From NCBI GenBank assembly GCA_964291235.2, contig OZ219816.1:864001-928000 (forward strand): a DNA stretch of 64,000 nucleotides. Direction: 5' to 3'. Shown piece by piece: positions 60,919 through 64,000 of this stretch; position 1 is the stretch's first letter, and each line of letters begins with the position of its first letter. This stretch comes from Vicinamibacteria bacterium. GTDB taxonomy: Bacteria; Acidobacteriota; Vicinamibacteria; Marinacidobacterales; Marinacidobacteraceae. Under the pieces are notes generated by a model. The model saw only the letters and a program-made list of their open reading frames with translations, did no database searches and was not told the origin of the DNA. The position numbers and the translations under genes are program-made.

Positions 60919-62682
60919 GTGCCGGAAGAGCGCGGAACAAACCCCCGGGAAGCCTCCCGGCGACCTTCCCCCGCGAAGGAGGGGAGCGGGACGCCCGGAT
61001 CACGGGACGAACGACATCTCGCCCGGCGCGCCGGGTCGGTCAGCCTGGGTGTTGTCTTCTCGCGGCTCACCGGCCTGGTCCGGGAGCAGACGCTCGCCTT
61101 CCTGTTCCCGACCGCGCTACTCGACGCGTTCTACGCGGCGTACACCTTCCCCAACACGCTTCGGGAGATGCTCGCCGAGGGCGCGCTTTCGAAGGCGTTC
61201 GTCGCCACCTTCGCGGCCGTTGACCAGCAGGGCGGCAAGGACGCGGCGCACCGGCTCTTCGGGCGGGTCTTCCGGGTTCTCCTGCCGGTGAGCGTGTTGG
61301 TCACGGTGGCCGGAGTGGTTTTCGCGCCGCAGTTGGTGGACTTCGTGTTCTCCCGGGGGGCCTTTGACACTCCGCTTCCGGCGTCCCTGCGGTTTGGTGT
61401 CGAGACGCCGCGGGAATTGGCCGTCTGGCTCACCCGGGTGATGTTCCCGTTCATCGCCTGCGCGTCGCTGGCGTCGCTCTTCATGGGCGGGCTGCAGGCG
61501 CGGAACTCCTTTTTCCTGCCGGCGGTGGCCTCTTCCTTCTTCAACGTCACCACGATCGTCTTCGCGGTGGTGGGATTCGTGGCGGCGCCGCGCTGGGGGC
61601 TTCATCCGATGGCGGGACTCGCGCTTGGCGTTCCGCTCGGCGGTCTCGTCCAGCTCCTGGTGCAGTGGCGCTGGTTCCGCCGCGACGGCTATCGGGCGGT
61701 GGCCACCGGGGGGATCCGGGCCACGTTTGCCGATTCGGCCTTTCGGCGCGTGTGCCGTCTCTTTGCGCCGGCCGCCGGGGCGGCGGGGACGCTGCAGATC
61801 AACGTCATTATCTCAAGGCACTTCGCGTCGGCGGGAACCTCCTGGCTCGCCTGGTTCACCATGGCGTACCGGCTGGTCCAGCTTCCCGCGGGGCTCATCG
61901 GCGTTGCCCTGTCGAGCGCCACCCTTCCGGCCCTCACGCGCGCGGCGGGCCGCGAGGACCACGACGGTTTCGGCCGCGTGCTCGGGCAATCGGGACGCCT
62001 CATGCTGGTGCTGTCGTTCGCTGCCGGCGCCGGACTGATCGGAATCGCCGCTCCCTTTGTGTCGCTCATCTACGAGCGCGGAGCCTTCCGAGCCGAGGAT
62101 GCACACGAGGTCGCCCTCGTGCTTTCGATCTTCGCGCTGGGCCTGCCGGCGTTCGGGGCGACCAAACTGCTGTCGGACGCGTTCTTCGCGCTGGGAACCA
62201 CCCGGCCGCCACTCCTGGTCGCGGCGATCGGAACCGTGGCAACGTGGATCGCCACCCGGAGCTTCGTGATTGTCGCGGGATTCGATCACCTGGGACTGCC
62301 CCTCGCGACCGTTTCGGTGGCCTGGTTTTCCGCCGGGTTGCTGGCGGCGCTCCTGGCGCCGAGACTGGGCAGCGATTCAGCGGGCCGCTCTCGGGCGCGG
62401 GCACTTTTTTCGGAGGTGGCGGGAGCCGGCCTCCGCGCCGTGCCGGTAGCGGCCGTCACCGGTGCTGCGGCATGGCTGCTCGCCCGGTTTGCCGCTGACC
62501 GCCTCGGGCGCGGCGGCTGGGGCGATGCCGCCGCCACCGGTCTCGCCGTTCTGGGAGGCGGGATCGCGTTCTGGCTGGTGGCGCGCCTCCTGGTTCCCCG
62601 GGAATGGGAGCCGATCCGGGACGCCCTCCGGGCGCTCGGGGAGCGGTTCGGGCTCCGGGGCGAGCGCGGAGGACGGCGGTGA
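60919..62682 (+). CDS. murJ: Lipid II flippase MurJ (MviN)
   Basis: SRLTGLVRE, DAFYAAYTFPNTLR..LAEGAL, AYRLVQLP.G, IYERGAF; start uncertain. Confidence 0.93.
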   Translation: MPEERGTNPREASRRPSPAKEGSGTPGSRDERHLARRAGSVSLGVVFSRLTGLVREQTLAFLFPTALLDAFYAAYTFPNTLREMLAEGALSKAFVATFAAVDQQGGKDAAHRLFGRVFRVLLPVSVLVTVAGVVFAPQLVDFVFSRGAFDTPLPASLRFGVETPRELAVWLTRVMFPFIACASLASLFMGGLQARNSFFLPAVASSFFNVTTIVFAVVGFVAAPRWGLHPMAGLALGVPLGGLVQLLVQWRWFRRDGYRAVATGGIRATFADSAFRRVCRLFAPAAGAAGTLQINVIISRHFASAGTSWLAWFTMAYRLVQLPAGLIGVALSSATLPALTRAAGREDHDGFGRVLGQSGRLMLVLSFAAGAGLIGIAAPFVSLIYERGAFRAEDAHEVALVLSIFALGLPAFGATKLLSDAFFALGTTRPPLLVAAIGTVATWIATRSFVIVAGFDHLGLPLATVSVAWFSAGLLAALLAPRLGSDSAGRSRARALFSEVAGAGLRAVPVAAVTGAAAWLLARFAADRLGRGGWGDAAATGLAVLGGGIAFWLVARLLVPREWEPIRDALRALGERFGLRGERGGRR

Positions 62683-63653
62683 GCGGCGCCGGGCGGAGCC
62701 CACGACCGGCACCGGATGGGCCGGAGCACGTCCGGACGCCGGATCCACTGGTGGAGGAGTTCCTGAACTATCTCCGGGTGGAACGCCGGCTCTCCGAGAA
62801 CACCCTGGACGCCTACCGCCGCGATCTCGCCAAATTGGAGGACTTCCGCGGCAAGCGACCGCTCACCGAAATCGGCGCCGCGGATCTGCAACGCTTTCTG
62901 ACCCACCTGCATCGCCGCGGCCTCTCGTTCCGCTCGATACAGCGCATCACCTCCGCGGTTCGCGGCGCCTACGGATTCTGGGTGGCGAGCGGCGTCATCG
63001 AGCGCGATCCAACCGAGGGGATCACCGTGGCGCGAGCCCTGCCGGGGCTCCCGCGCTACCTGTCGCCCGACGAGGTCGAAAGGCTGCTCGCCGCGCCCGA
63101 CGACTCGCCGCTCGGCCTGCGGGATCGGGCGATGCTCGAAATGCTCTACGCGACCGGCCTCCGGGTGTCGGAACTCGTGCGGTTGCGAGTTGCCGATGTC
63201 GTTCCCGCCCGGGAAGAGGCGCCGGGCTACGTGACCGTGATCGGCAAGGGAGACAAGGCGCGCATCGTTCCTTACGGGGATGTCGCCGCCGCCAGCCTGG
63301 CATCGTGGATGCGGGAAGGCCGGCCCCGGGTACTGGGGCAGGGGACTCGCGAGACCGGCGCGTCCTGGCTTTTTGTGACGGCCCGGGGAGGAAACATGAC
63401 CCGGCAGCGGTTCTGGCAGATCGTGAAGACCCGGGGAGAGCAGGCGGGGATACCCCGCCGTTTTTCGCCGCACGTCCTCCGCCATTCGTTCGCGACGCAC
63501 CTGCTCGAGCGGGGCGCCGATCTCAGAAGCCTGCAACAGATGCTCGGCCATTCCTCGATTTCCACCACCCAGATCTACACCCATGTGACCGAGGAGCGGT
63601 TGCGCCGTGTGTACGACCAGCATCATCCGCGCGCCCGGCGCGGTGATTCCTGA
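62679..63653 (+). CDS. xerD: Tyrosine recombinase XerD
   Basis: ERRLSENTLDAYRRDL, RDRAMLEMLYATGLRVSEL, SPHVLRHSFATHLL, LGHSSISTTQIYTHV, HHPRA. Confidence 0.93.
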   Translation: MSGAGRSPRPAPDGPEHVRTPDPLVEEFLNYLRVERRLSENTLDAYRRDLAKLEDFRGKRPLTEIGAADLQRFLTHLHRRGLSFRSIQRITSAVRGAYGFWVASGVIERDPTEGITVARALPGLPRYLSPDEVERLLAAPDDSPLGLRDRAMLEMLYATGLRVSELVRLRVADVVPAREEAPGYVTVIGKGDKARIVPYGDVAAASLASWMREGRPRVLGQGTRETGASWLFVTARGGNMTRQRFWQIVKTRGEQAGIPRRFSPHVLRHSFATHLLERGADLRSLQQMLGHSSISTTQIYTHVTEERLRRVYDQHHPRARRGDS

Positions 63654-63665
63654 GTCTCTCGGGTT

Positions 63666-64000
63666 ATGGGCGGTGACGCCGGATTCCCCGCCTCGGAGGT
63701 CTTGTCGAACCGGCAGGTCAGGGAGGTAGGGCGGCTGGCCGCGGAGATACGGGCGGGGAGGGTGGTGGCTTTTCCGACCGAGACCTTCTACGCCCTGGGC
63801 GCCGATCCCCGATGTCCCGAGGCGGTGGCGGAGGTGTTCCGCCTCAAGGGCCGTCCGGGGGACCGCCGGCTGCCCTGGATCGCCGCCAGCCGGACGCAGG
63901 TGGAAGCGGTCTGCCGCCTGTCCGCCAGGACGGCCGCCTTTGTTGAGCGCTACTGGCCGGGTCCCGTCACGCTGGTGCTCCCGCTTCGTGACCCGCCCGG
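63666..64000 (+). CDS. L-threonylcarbamoyladenylate synthase (TsaC/Sua5), truncated by window end
   Basis: My translation from ATG 63666: VVAFPTETFYALGADP...VFRLKGRP...YWPGPVTLVL. Not in the ORF track because it lacks a stop. Confidence 0.9.
   Translation, partial: MGGDAGFPASEVLSNRQVREVGRLAAEIRAGRVVAFPTETFYALGADPRCPEAVAEVFRLKGRPGDRRLPWIAASRTQVEAVCRLSARTAAFVERYWPGPVTLVLPLRDPP

Noticed and set aside
62679-63653. Tyrosine recombinase as a prophage or island integrase
   Set aside because: It has XerD-type motifs and sits in housekeeping context, overlapping murJ and preceding tsaC, with no phage genes.

Overview
High-GC bacterial chromosome segment; the gene content resembles Acidobacteriota, but that is an inference. 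The housekeeping backbone is recG (3' end), rsmD-coaD-aminotransferase, icd-mdh-sucC-sucD-ndk-dcd-dUTPase-BON, nadK-ispA-xseB-xseA-CarD-like-tpx, ahcY, rpsT, an NCS2 permease, a group-3-type mrp operon, murJ, xerD and the start of tsaC/sua5. The main accessory signal is two near-identical 1556-bp IS110-family elements in inverted orientation (5034-6589 + and 44785-46340 -). Both sit at the same position at the foot of a REP-like hairpin (GGCACGGGAGC^GCCGRCCTCCAGGYCGGCAC), and empty homologous sites in the window confirm the boundaries. Each carries a 253-nt 5' non-coding end with a compensatory base-pair change between copies and segments matching the predicted circle junction and target, so it is a candidate bridge-RNA-guided, REP-targeting recombinase. 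Also present: about 14 REP-like palindromes, two toxin-antitoxin-like pairs, a fragment-rich island at 20.5-23.7 kb with a decayed Cre-like recombinase, and a tandem array of diversified DUF3472-like lipoproteins at 37-41 kb. All family assignments come from motif recognition by eye; no database search was run.
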